64,000 nt of DNA from an uncultured delta proteobacterium (GCA_963848565.1 CAWKEQ010000006.1:16666-80665); one strand, 5' to 3'. Numbered from the stretch's first letter, positions 50,365 to 60,186 are shown. Numbers and translations: made by a program. Notes: generated by a model not told the origin, from the sequence alone.

Positions 50365-51379
50365 GTATAGGCGAGAAAAGCTAGTTTGTAGTTTTAATAT
50401 TATGTACGATGATTATATCTATTATTTTTGCAGGAATAAAATCAGCATATAAACCGCGAAATTCCCAGCAAAATATAGTTTCGTGGAAATTATTGAAAAC
50501 ATCTTCATACTCGAACACGGCCAAGACAGAGCAACGTAGCTATGTTGTCAGATTCAACGCAAAATAATGTTCTTCGTCATGGACAGGCAAAGAAATTGGT
50601 TAAGATATATCGTTGCCATGTTCAATGATATCGGCTTCGGGAACTACTCGGGATTTAGATTGTCCCATAATTAGCAAAAAATCTTTGACTTCCTTGGTAG
50701 TATAAAAATGCAACTTTGCCATGAAAACTTTTAAAATAATAGCTGGTGTTTTTCCATGATTAATTAGGTATTGACCTGAACACGATTGTTTCCTGTCAAC
50801 CCATTCAATTTTATTCTAATTACTTTCATCGAGGATTATGATCAGATTATCAAGCTTAACATTAACAAAAAGATAAGCCCTGTCCTGGGCATGCATAATA
50901 TTTGCGGTTTCATCTTGCAGCATAGACAGACTTTTCGCGGCGTCGGCAGAATGTTTGGGCAGCCCCAGCAGCTTCGTCGGCAACAATAACAGAAGCTCTT
51001 ATTGTCACTAAGTTGTTTATCGGCAATTCCCACAAGGCCAGCTGTAGCTTTCCACAAGCGGAAGGTGTGAGCAACAAGGAAACTGGTAACAATAACAAGA
51101 AGGAGATTAAATAGAACCATAGAAGCCATTCAGTAGGGTGATTCCAAAATAGTTTCGTACCGATATTATATTATGTTTTTGATCTTGGAAAATTATTTCT
51201 TTAATCTTGGTTTTGAGCGATTCAGTTTCATATTTGGTCTTTGTATGACTGTTCGTTGACACTTTTAGTTTGATTTTTATTATTTTGTTTTATGCGTATA
51301 GAGATTGGCGACTGTGATTGTGCAGTTACTCGCTACAATTGCAAACAATAGGATTATAATACTAAACTAATTAACTTTT

Positions 51380-51541
51380 TTAACATAACCTAATCGCTGC
51401 CCCGAAAATATCGGGATTCTTACGGTTGTTATAACGGAACTCAAATTCAGCAACGTATAGTTGGAGATATTTTTTGCTAACCTTATGGAATGTATCGACA
51501 ATACCACGTTTAATCATAGACCAAAAGCCATCTATGGTGTT
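51380..51541 (-). mobile_element. IS1595-family transposase C-terminal remnant
   Basis: Minus-strand translation NTIDGFWSMIKRGIVDTFHKVSKKYLQLYVAEFEFRYNNRKNPDIFGAAIRLC*. A stop codon lies immediately upstream and no N-terminal part is present. Confidence 0.75.
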
Positions 51542-53448
51542 TTATATGAAAATACCTCGGTGGGGCGGGCCTCCGTGCCCGCCAGCGAGAGGCGGCCAGG
51601 GACGGCCGCCCCACCAACACCAGCCATTTTTTGTGCTCGTGGTGTCCGTAAGGAAATGATCGTTGGTATGAATCCCCCACAAATGCGCTCAAACTTCCCC
51701 CTCCTCCTCTCCCCACCGGCCCAGGCCCAGACCCGGTCCGGCACGAAGCGCCGGGAGGAGCACTGGTTCAGGGCCAGGCGTTCCATGTGGCGCAGGACCT
51801 CGCTCTGGTGGGGCGGCAGAAAGTCGTCGATCACCTGGCGGAAGTCCTCGGGATGCACCTGGTCCCGGCCCGCCAGGCGCGCCTGGCGGTAGGCCCGGAA
51901 GACCAGCTCCTCGATGTCCGCCCCGGTAATAATCTCCGGGTGCCGCGCCTCCAGGTGGCGGGTGATGTCGGCAAAATCCCCGCAGTCGCAGGCAATGTGA
52001 CTGCGCCTGGCCACCACCTGGAAAATGTGACACTTTTCGGCGAAATCCGGCATGAAGAAGGGGATCCGTTCGCTGGACCGGCCGGAGCGCAGGTCCGCCT
52101 GGTCCAGCCGGTCCGGGCGGTTGGTAATCCTGATCCACAGGACCTTGCCCTGGATGGCCGGGTCGCCGGTGAACTCGAAGCGCATCTGCCTAAGGCGGTT
52201 GCTCACCCCGGTGTCGCCGGAGTACTCATCCCGGCCATGCTCACTCTGATCGGCCTCGTCTTCCACCACCACCAGGGGGGTCAGACTCCGGAGGCTGGAG
52301 AGGGCCTTGAAAAAATTGCGTTCGCTCTCTCCCACCCACTTGGTGCGGGGGTTAAGCAGCTTGACGAAATTGAAGCCAATGTCCCGGGCCAGGGCTTCCG
52401 CCAGGGCGGTCTTGCCCACGCCCGGCGGCCCCATCATGGTGATGCCCCGGGGCACCAGTTTGTGGTCGCCGGCATGAATGGCCCGGACAATCTGGGCGAA
52501 ATACCCCTTGATGGGTTCCAAGCCGCCGATTTCCTCGAGGCCGAACCGGGGCTCGATGACTTCGAGGAGCCCCACCAGCTCCTGGCGCAGCAGATCCTTC
52601 TTCTGGCGGCGCACCATCTCCATGGTGAGGGGGGCGCGCCGGGACCGGTTGAGGAGGGTGCGGACCACCTGGAGGCTTAAGCCCGCGGCCAGATTGGCCA
52701 ATCCCTGGGAAGTCAGCTCCAGTTGGCAAGGGCCCGAGGCGAGAAGGTGTTCGATAAAGTGGAGGCGGGCGGCCTGGTCCGGCGGCGGCACTTCGATGAT
52801 CTGGGCCCCGTGGCGGCTCAAGAGCAGGTTGCCGTTCAACTCCGCCAGGTTGCCGGTGGTCAGGATAATCACGTGGCCGGCCTCCACCAGTTCCCGCTGC
52901 CGGGCCCAGCGCAGCAGGGTAACCAGGGCCGCCCGGTCCGGCTCGCCCATGGACCCCAGGTCCACCGCCGGCACAATGGTTTCGGCGTATTCCAGGATCA
53001 GGGCCAGGGGCTGGGGCAGGCCGGCCGACCGGCAAGGGGCGGTCATGACCCGCTCGGCCAGTTGCAGAACTTCCCGGGGGCTTTGGGGGAGGGGTTTTTC
53101 CTGGGGCTGCTGGCCCAGGGCCCGCAAGGCCCGGGCCCGGACCCGGGAGACGTCCTCTTCGGCTTCTTCTCCCGGCGCCGGCCCCTGGGTGGGTGGTTCA
53201 AGGGCCTGGCGGAAGGCGTTTTCCCCGGCGGGGTCCCAGAACTCAAGCCCCAAGCCGAGATTGTAGAAGACCACCTGGCGGGTTTGGGCCAGCCATTGAC
53301 CCAGAAAATGCCGGAACGGCAGGTAATCGCCATTCACCCGGGTATAGTCGAAGACCTGACCGTGGAGGATAAACAGGGCCGATTCGCCCTCGTTGAGGTG
53401 CTCCGCCAATTCCTGGGCCCATGCGGGGAGGTCTTGCCAGGGGACCAT
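51532..53448 (-). CDS. tandem AAA+ ATPase, Ycf46-like (degenerate N-terminal half, active C-terminal AAA module); 3' end uncertain
   Basis: 638-aa ORF; Walker A GPPGVGKT, Walker B VVVEDEAD, second region of homology NRPDRLDQADLRSGR. The last ~60 codons read through a REP element and into the IS remnant. Confidence 0.8.
   Translation of the reverse strand: MVPWQDLPAWAQELAEHLNEGESALFILHGQVFDYTRVNGDYLPFRHFLGQWLAQTRQVVFYNLGLGLEFWDPAGENAFRQALEPPTQGPAPGEEAEEDVSRVRARALRALGQQPQEKPLPQSPREVLQLAERVMTAPCRSAGLPQPLALILEYAETIVPAVDLGSMGEPDRAALVTLLRWARQRELVEAGHVIILTTGNLAELNGNLLLSRHGAQIIEVPPPDQAARLHFIEHLLASGPCQLELTSQGLANLAAGLSLQVVRTLLNRSRRAPLTMEMVRRQKKDLLRQELVGLLEVIEPRFGLEEIGGLEPIKGYFAQIVRAIHAGDHKLVPRGITMMGPPGVGKTALAEALARDIGFNFVKLLNPRTKWVGESERNFFKALSSLRSLTPLVVVEDEADQSEHGRDEYSGDTGVSNRLRQMRFEFTGDPAIQGKVLWIRITNRPDRLDQADLRSGRSSERIPFFMPDFAEKCHIFQVVARRSHIACDCGDFADITRHLEARHPEIITGADIEELVFRAYRQARLAGRDQVHPEDFRQVIDDFLPPHQSEVLRHMERLALNQCSSRRFVPDRVWAWAGGERRRGKFERICGGFIPTIISLRTPRAQKMAGVGGAAVPGRLSLAGTEARPTEVFSYKTP
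51562..51612. repeat. GC-rich double-hairpin REP-like element
   Basis: GGCGGGC-CTCCGT-GCCCGCC and GGCGGCC-AGGGAC-GGCCGCC; related to 34442..34495. Confidence 0.6.
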
Positions 53449-53623
53449 AGATGATCCTCTCCGGTTAAAAGGCCTGGGAAGGCGGGCCCGGGCCTAAACC
53501 ACGAGCCCAGGTTGCCTCCCCTCACCTCAGTGCGGTGCGCAGTGTCGCTTTTTTCGTGATTTTTTGTAAGAGGTTAACGGCCTCCGGTCCGGATGGGATA
53601 CAGGACTGCAGGCCGGAGCCCGG

Positions 53624-54136
53624 TTACAGTAAAGGTTCGATCAGTTTCTGAAAGATTTCTTTTTTCCGGGTGCCCTCGATCCTCTGGGCGATGTTGCCTT
53701 GCTTGTCGATGATTACCGTAGTCGGCACCACCGCGATGCTCCCATAGGCGTCGCTCACCTTGTCGTTGCCGGTGAGCACAGGATATTGCAGGCCCAGTTG
53801 TTTCACCAGGAAGCGGATCTGGGTGGGGTCGGAACTCAAGGCGATACCCAGGGTAACCAAGCCCCGGCCTTTGAGTTCGTTATTGAGTTTGTTCAGGTCC
53901 GGCATCTCATCCCGGCACGGGCCACAGAAGAAGGTGAAAAAGTTGAGCACCACCACCTTGCCCCTGAACTGGCTCAGGGAGTATTCCTTGCCTTGCAGCA
54001 CATCTTTCAGGGAAAAATTCGGGGCGGCCTTGCCGGCCCCCCAGCCTGCTGAGGCCAGGCCCAGGACGCAGACGGCCACCATCAGCATCCGGGCTAGGGT
54101 CCAGGAAAAGCGAGATGACTTATGGGCCATTACCAC
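53624..54136 (-). CDS. TlpA-like thiol:disulfide oxidoreductase (thioredoxin fold)
   Basis: 170-aa ORF; signal anchor; FFTFFCGPCRDEMP active site. Confidence 0.85.
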   Translation of the reverse strand: MVMAHKSSRFSWTLARMLMVAVCVLGLASAGWGAGKAAPNFSLKDVLQGKEYSLSQFRGKVVVLNFFTFFCGPCRDEMPDLNKLNNELKGRGLVTLGIALSSDPTQIRFLVKQLGLQYPVLTGNDKVSDAYGSIAVVPTTVIIDKQGNIAQRIEGTRKKEIFQKLIEPLL

Positions 54137-54209
54137 GCTCCTTGCTCAGAGGTTATGCCTCTGATTTTTGTCATAAATATATCAAAAAGGCCCTCAGCCT
54201 GCAATTTAT

Positions 54210-55833
54210 TTACCGGCGGGGGCGGCCCACAGGGCGGGGTACCAGCCAGGAGGGGAGCTGGCCCCGGGGCCGGGGGCTGTGGGGCAGGGCCACTACCAGG
54301 GGCAGGATGGATTGCTGTTTGAACAGAATCTCCAGATCGTGGAAATACTGGGGAGCTTTGAGGCACAGGAGAGCCTTGCCGTCTTCATTGATCCAGCGCA
54401 GGTTTTCCGGCGGGGTCAGGGCGGCGGCTTCGGCGGGGCAGACGGCCAAAGTGGCGCAGCGGTAAAGGTAGCTCCAGAAACTGCCGGACGGGGCCGCGGC
54501 CAGGATCTCCTGCCAGTGATCGGACCGGTGTCCCGGGGGCAGGCAGACCCGGCTCACCTTGAACTCCCGGCTGGCTTCCACGGACCAGGAGTTGCGCACC
54601 CCCAGGGTTTGATCGGCATAGACCTGGTTCCCGGCCGCCCCAACCAGGGCCACCGCGCCCCAATCTCCGGCCACATAGCGAAAATAGCCCCCCTGTCTGA
54701 GGGTTTCCAGGGCTTTCTGGTAGAACGCCAGGGCCGATTCCGGGATGGCGGGAGGCAGCCGCCAGATGAGCCGCCGGGGGTCCCAGTGGCGATGCTCCTG
54801 GAGAAAGGCGGCATGGTTATCCGCGGTCAGGGCCAGCACCAGGGGGTCCCGCCACTCCCGGGCCAGGGCCGCGGCCTCGGCGTAATCCCGGACCTCCAGC
54901 CAGATGCGGCCTCTCCCCAGCAACCCGGGCGGGCCGGAACTCGTAGTGCTCCGCTGGGAGGGCGGCAGCGGGTAGACCGGGGGGCCGGGCGGGGTTTCCG
55001 GGGGCGGAGGAGAGATCAGGAGGGTCTCCCCCAGGGCCTCCAACACCTCCCGGGCGGCGGTCAGGACCCGGGGGCGCTCCATGGGGGAGGCCGCGGCCAC
55101 GGATTGATAGAGCCCGATCACCCGGCCCAGGGAGGAGGGAGCCCAGAGCTCACCCCTGATCTGGACCGCTTCCAGCCCCAATTGACACAGTCCGGAAAGA
55201 GTCTCGAGGCTCGCCATCAGCGTCCCGGGATCTCCCGGACGGGCCAGGCAGCAGGCTTCACACCCCACCCCCAGGTACTCTTCCATGAGGCAGAGGCCGG
55301 CATAACCCGGGCAAAAGGTCTCCAGGGCTAACAGCCAGGGGCATGGCGGTCTGGCGCCGCATCAAGGCCAGGTCCTTCAGGCTGACGGGTCCCGCCACCA
55401 CCACCCGGCTAAACCCCAGGCCGGCCGCCAATTGCGCTCCCGGAGAGTTACGGACCCCGAAGTTGCCGGCGGCCTGGAGCGGGAGGTCGGGATAATGCCG
55501 GCGCGCCTCCCGGATGAGGCCCAGGTCGCGCAGCTGCAAGGCGTCGGGGTCGAGCCGGGCCACGGCGGCGAGCCTATCCGGCACCCCGGCAAGCTCTCTC
55601 TCCCGCACCAGCCAGTCCCAGGCGAGATAGAATTTGACCCCATGCTGCCGGGCCGCGCCCCGCCAGTCCGCGAGTTCCGGGAAGACCTGGGGATCAGGGT
55701 TCCGGGGCACATAAGCCACCACCCCTCCCACCCCCCGATCCAGGGCGGTGGCCAGGGATTCCCGGCTTTGGACGGACACCACTAATTCTACTAATTCCCC
55801 ATGGGGCTGCTTATTGCTTTTCAGAGATTCCAC
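54210..55833 (-). pseudogene. U32 family peptidase-like protein, apparent frameshift
   Basis: N-terminal U32-like part in ORF 55258..55884 (…DALQLRDLGLI…LPLQAAGNFGVRNS…). Continuation (…ETFCPGYAGLCLMEEYLGVGCEACC…) in ORF 54210..55286 in the +1 frame. Junction about 55300..55345; the GTG start at 55833 is a guess. Confidence 0.55.
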
Positions 55834-56189
55834 CAGTTCTTTTGTAGGGTGCGCACTGCGCACCCTTTCACCCATGGCGGGCACGGAGTCTTGCCCACCG
55901 GTTTTTCATGAGTTACGCCTGGGCCAACAGGCCCATAAACCATTGCTTCGCCAGATGGTGCGCAGTGCGCACCCCACAAATACTTAACCTGCTTCAAAAG
56001 CGGCCCCAGCCCCCGAAGGGAGCCGGAAGACCGGAAACCGGCCAGGGTTATTACGCCTTCCGCCAACCGGGGCGATGGCCGCAATCATCCCCTAAAATAA
56101 GGGAAAACCAGAAATCCACCAACTAAAAAAACGTCTCGCCTTGACAACTCGCCGCGGTTATCCCTATTGTTACTAATCACCTCAAGGAG

Positions 56190-56801
56190 ATGACTATGAA
56201 AGTTTTGGGCATCTTTGGCAGTCCCCGGCGGGAGGGGAACTCGGACACCCTCATGAAGGCATTCCTCCAGGGGGCGGCGGAGGCCGGCGCCCTGGTGGAA
56301 GAAATATTCCTCAGGGAGATGAAAATTTCTCCTTGCCTGGAAATATATCATTGTTTTAAGGATGGCACCTGCCCTATTAAGGATGAAATGCGGGGGCTGT
56401 ATGACAAACTGGTGGAGGCCGACGTGGTGGCCCTGGGGTCGCCGGTGTTCTTTTACAGCCTTTCGGCCCAGGCCAAGGCCATGATCGACCGGACCCAGGC
56501 CCTGTGGGCCCGGCGCTACGTGCTCAAGGATGATTTTCCCGGCGGCAACCGCCAGGGGGTGCTGCTGGTGACCGGGGCCACCAAGGGGCGGCTGCTGTTC
56601 GTGGGCTCCCGCCTGGTGGCCAAGTATTTCTTCGACGCCATCAATGTCAGCTATGCCGCCGAGGTCCTGGTGCGGGGGGTGGATGAAAAAGGGGCCATCC
56701 AGGACCGGCCGGAGGTCCTGGAGCAGGCCCGGGACCTGGGCCGCCGCCTGGCCCAGGGTGAGGTGATGGGCCCCATCAAGATGGACCCCCTGGCGGTTTA
56801 G
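56190..56801 (+). CDS. flavodoxin-fold NAD(P)H-dependent FMN reductase (iron-sulfur flavoprotein-like)
   Basis: 203-aa ORF; KVLGIFGSPRREGNSDTL FMN-binding start; Cys cluster CLEIYHCFKDGTC. Confidence 0.7.
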   Translation: MTMKVLGIFGSPRREGNSDTLMKAFLQGAAEAGALVEEIFLREMKISPCLEIYHCFKDGTCPIKDEMRGLYDKLVEADVVALGSPVFFYSLSAQAKAMIDRTQALWARRYVLKDDFPGGNRQGVLLVTGATKGRLLFVGSRLVAKYFFDAINVSYAAEVLVRGVDEKGAIQDRPEVLEQARDLGRRLAQGEVMGPIKMDPLAV

Positions 56802-56882
56802 CCGGGGACGGGGGAGAGGCGGGAATCCTGCGGTCCTGGCCCCGAATTGACTGGTTTGAGACCGCGGCGAAAGTCCTCGCAC

Positions 56883-56975
56883 CTGTCATTCTGAGGGAGC
56901 GGAGCGACCGAAGAATCTCAAGGATACGAGGAAATACTCCATCAACGAGATCCTTCACTGCGCTCAGGATGACAA
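56883..56975. repeat. REP-like palindromic element (CTGTCATTCTGAGGG…CTCAGGATGACAA)
   Basis: Homologous to 15973..16056 in opposite orientation. Confidence 0.7.
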
Positions 56976-56987
56976 AATGGTTATGCC

Positions 56988-57410
56988 ATGACGACGCCCA
57001 TTTCTGACAATTACTGCTTTGTCTGCGGCCGGGACAATCCCCGGGGATTGAAGATCTCGGTTACCTACCGGGAAGCCGAGACCGCGGCCGAGACCGAACT
57101 GGCGCTGCCGAGGGAGTTCCAGGGCTGGGCCGACGTCATCCACGGCGGCATCCTGGCCACCCTGCTGGATGAGATGATGGCCCACGCGGTGTGGCATTTT
57201 GCCGGCCCCGGCCTCACCCTGGGCCTGGAAGTGCGCTTCCATGCGCCCCTCAAACCCGATGAGGCAATCCTGGTGCGGGGCGTGCTCCACACCCAAAGCG
57301 GCAGCCGCCGCCTGGCCGAAGGCGAGATCACCCGCCTGGCCGACGGGGTTCGCATCGCCTCGGGCAAGAGCCGGTTTCTCTTGCTGGAAAAAAATGAGGG
57401 GACCGGATAG
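56988..57410 (+). CDS. PaaI-family hotdog-fold thioesterase
   Basis: 140-aa ORF; HGGILATLLDEMM motif. Confidence 0.8.
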   Translation: MTTPISDNYCFVCGRDNPRGLKISVTYREAETAAETELALPREFQGWADVIHGGILATLLDEMMAHAVWHFAGPGLTLGLEVRFHAPLKPDEAILVRGVLHTQSGSRRLAEGEITRLADGVRIASGKSRFLLLEKNEGTG

Positions 57411-57464
57411 CTTCCCGGCCCCCTCTGTTTTCTGGCAAGCAAAATTTCGCCAGCTTAGAGCAAA

Positions 57465-57845
57465 TTATTTCACCGGCTTCAGGTTTTCGCCGCAGACGCA
57501 TTTGCCGGGTTTCTGGCTGATCATGTTACAGGTGCAGGATGGGCCGCAGGCGCACATGTATTTACCCTGGGTAGAGAAGGCCCGGGCTTTTTCCCAGCCT
57601 TCCGCCTTCACGTAGGCCACATCTTTTTCGACCTTGGTCACCTTGGCCTTGACCATCTTATTGCCACAGGTGCAATCGCCCTCTTTCATGGCCATGCTGT
57701 GACAGGGGCAGCTTGGCCCGCAGTTGCACACGTAAACCTCTTCACCAACCTTGAGGTCCATTTTGCCGGGGGTCGCCGCAAAGGCTACGCCCACCATCAT
57801 CAAGCCCAACAAGGCCACTATCGCGATGCACAGTGATCTCTTCAT
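57465..57845 (-). CDS. secreted Cys-rich protein with an internally duplicated CxCGPSCxC…CxCG motif
   Basis: 126-aa ORF; signal peptide; repeat 1 is VCNCGPSCPCHSMAMKEGDCTCGNKM and repeat 2 is MCACGPSCTCNMISQKPGKCVCGENL. Confidence 0.7.
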   Translation of the reverse strand: MKRSLCIAIVALLGLMMVGVAFAATPGKMDLKVGEEVYVCNCGPSCPCHSMAMKEGDCTCGNKMVKAKVTKVEKDVAYVKAEGWEKARAFSTQGKYMCACGPSCTCNMISQKPGKCVCGENLKPVK

Positions 57846-58092
57846 AGTTCCTCCTTATTTTAGGTTATCCTTATCAAGATAATATCTAAACAGGGAAAAT
57901 TAAAGGGCGCACTCCAGAATATTCATTAACCGATCATGATCGGTCTTTTTATGCGGATCAGGCCGGCGAGACTCTCCAACGTTAACGCCAAAGTTTTAAA
58001 GCCGCAGGTGGCGATGGTTTGGGAATACCTGGAGGATATGACGGCCGAGCGCCACGCCGGGCTGCGGGCCGCACAACCAAGGAGTTCCGTGC

Positions 58093-58563
58093 ATGCTTCA
58101 GGTAACCGTGCTCATGGTAGGGAAGACCCGGGAAGCCTTCATCCAGGAGGGCATAGCCTTTTATGTCAAGCGCCTGCAGCCCTTCCTGCACCTGACGCTA
58201 AAAAGTGTCCGGGAAGAGAAAGAGGCCGGCGGCCTGACCGCGGCAGCCCTCAAGGTTAAAGAAGGCGAGCGTCTCAGGGCCCAGATTCCGCCCCGGGCCT
58301 TGGTTGCCGCCCTCACTCCCCAAGGCCGGGAGTTTACTTCGGAAGAATTCGCCGCCTGGCTCACCCGGCGGGAACTGGAATCCCGGCCCCTCGCTTTCCT
58401 CATCGGCGGCCACTGGGGCCTGGACGAGCAGACCATGGCCGCCGCCGCCGAACGCCTGGCCCTGGCCCGGCTCACCCTGACCCACGAACTGAGCCGCCTC
58501 GTCCTCCTGGAGCAGCTCTACCGGGCCATGACCATCAGGACCGGCCACCCGTACCATGTCTAG
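58093..58563 (+). CDS. rlmH: 23S rRNA (pseudouridine1915-N3)-methyltransferase
   Basis: 156-aa SPOUT ORF; length and motifs (…LIGGHWGL…LTLTHEL…LEQLYRA) fit RlmH. Confidence 0.88.
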   Translation: MLQVTVLMVGKTREAFIQEGIAFYVKRLQPFLHLTLKSVREEKEAGGLTAAALKVKEGERLRAQIPPRALVAALTPQGREFTSEEFAAWLTRRELESRPLAFLIGGHWGLDEQTMAAAAERLALARLTLTHELSRLVLLEQLYRAMTIRTGHPYHV

Positions 58564-58719
58564 CGGCGCCGGCGTCTGGCCTGGCGCGGCGCGAGGCTGA
58601 AGCCTGGGGCCGCCGAAATATTCCTCCTGACGGCAGTTATTCATGGGCCTTTGGCCAACCTTACATTGTGAAAAGTTTGGTGTTGGCTGGTGGCACAGCC
58701 TTTCCAGGCTGTGCAAGAC

Positions 58720-58894
58720 TATAGCGTTTGCCAAAAGTATTTTCCGATGACGGCATCACTCTAATCCCCCCTAACCTCCCCTTGAGAAAAGAGGGGAACT
58801 ATGAGGAATTGCTTCTAAAGTCCCCCTTTTAAAAAGGGGGATTTAGGGGGATTTAAGAATCTCCAAGTGGAAAGAATTTATGGCAAACACTATA
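58720..58894. repeat. MITE-like palindromic element, copy 3 of 3 (175 bp)
   Basis: Same termini as copy 2; flanked on both sides by inverted GGCACAGCC-TTTCCA-GGCTGTGC type hairpins (58691..58716 and 58913..58937). Confidence 0.8.
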
Positions 58895-59157
58895 ACCTGC
58901 TGCCTCGCCACAGGCTGGAAAGCCTGTGCCACCGATTGAATAAACTTTTCAAATCAGATCCCGGTATGATGGCCTCACTCCAGCCAACCGGCGGCAGCCA
59001 GTCCTGAAATTCAGCGGCGTCCGGCGCTTGCCCTTGTATCCCGGTGACTCCTGGGATATGTATTAAGAAAACTTTATTGGGTACTTGAAAGTTGGGGAGG
59101 GTTTGCCCGGCGGCGGGCCCGCTTACACCCCCGAACCATATCCAGTTGGAGGCGCTT

Positions 59158-60114
59158 ATGGGATCGGCCTGGCACATCGTCGCCTTTCCGCTCATCCTGC
59201 CGTGGCGGGAAGAGTTCTGGACCCTACCGCTGTACTTCCCTGACTTGAAGGTGGGAGTCATCCCGGGGTGGCCTGAACAACTGCCTTACCAGGGCATGCC
59301 GTTGCCCCCGGAAGCCGAGGTCCACCCCCGGGAGTTGCAGCACTATAAGCCCGGAGACCTTCGCCAGTGGCAGGCCTTCGCAGATTATCGCCGGGATCAG
59401 GATGATGCAGGGGAGAATGTGACCCAGGCCATTCGCGGCTATGGGCAAGCCGCCACCCCGGAGCCGCCGCCACCCCCGCCCAATGCCTGGTCTTTGGCCT
59501 GGCAGTTGGAAAAAATGCAGGCCGACCAGGAAGCCCAATTCCTGCGGGTGGACCAGGGCCAAGACTGGCTGCAAGATATCCTCAAGCCGGAACCCTGGGA
59601 CGATCGGGCCTCCTACGGACCCGTCTCCGGGGTCGCCGAAACGGTGGACCCCGAGCTGGCCAAACTGCGCTACCGCCTGTGGCGCCGGGTGATGACCCCC
59701 GAGACGCCGGAGAAGTCGGTCCCCCTGCTCCTGGGCCGGGCCTCCCGGCCCCTGTTCCTCACTTTGAAAGGCTGGCCGGAGTGGACTGCCCTCCGGAAGG
59801 TGCAACTAACCTTACCCAGCTGCCGGAATGGGGACGAGTGGTTGAAGGTGGCGGGCGAGGCCGGCCGGCCGGCCTGGCAGGAGAAGTTTGTGGACCTCCT
59901 GGAGGCCCTGCTCACCGCCGCGGCCGCTAACCAGGAGCTTCAGGCCGCCTCACAAGAATTGCAGGAATTTGTGGCCGACGAGATCGTGGCCGGTTGGCCC
60001 TTTCCTGAAATAGGTTATGGGAACCTGGAGGTCTGGGGACCGGATACCGCTCCGGAAGCAAATGGCCCGGTGCTGTGCTGGGGAAGCGCCGGTGCGGGTA
60101 CCTTGCCGGGCTAA
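59158..60114 (+). CDS. hypothetical protein
   Basis: ORF trimmed to MGSAWHIVAF (GGAGG 5 nt upstream); Trp/Pro-rich, no family recognised. Confidence 0.55.
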   Translation: MGSAWHIVAFPLILPWREEFWTLPLYFPDLKVGVIPGWPEQLPYQGMPLPPEAEVHPRELQHYKPGDLRQWQAFADYRRDQDDAGENVTQAIRGYGQAATPEPPPPPPNAWSLAWQLEKMQADQEAQFLRVDQGQDWLQDILKPEPWDDRASYGPVSGVAETVDPELAKLRYRLWRRVMTPETPEKSVPLLLGRASRPLFLTLKGWPEWTALRKVQLTLPSCRNGDEWLKVAGEAGRPAWQEKFVDLLEALLTAAAANQELQAASQELQEFVADEIVAGWPFPEIGYGNLEVWGPDTAPEANGPVLCWGSAGAGTLPG

Positions 60115-60186
60115 GACGCCAGGACGCGGCGCCGCCGCACCATCATTGAGGGCGGCAACGGCAGGCTCGGGTGCGAGGGGCGGGGA

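Noticed and set aside
50842-51129. 95-aa Cys-rich ORF with an N-terminal TM helix inside the AT-rich island
   Set aside because: Two other frames over the same stretch are also partly open, and one reads more protein-like (…AKSLSMLQDETANIMHAQDRAYLFVNVKLDNLIIILDESN). The locus looks like a frameshifted relic, so no single CDS can be supported.
58691-58705. TGGCAC-N5-TTCC, a sigma-54-like -24/-12 match
   Set aside because: The -12 element lacks the GC dinucleotide. The sequence is one arm of a REP hairpin (GGCACAGCC-TTTCCA-GGCTGTGC) that recurs inverted at about 58913, and no gene follows in the right orientation.
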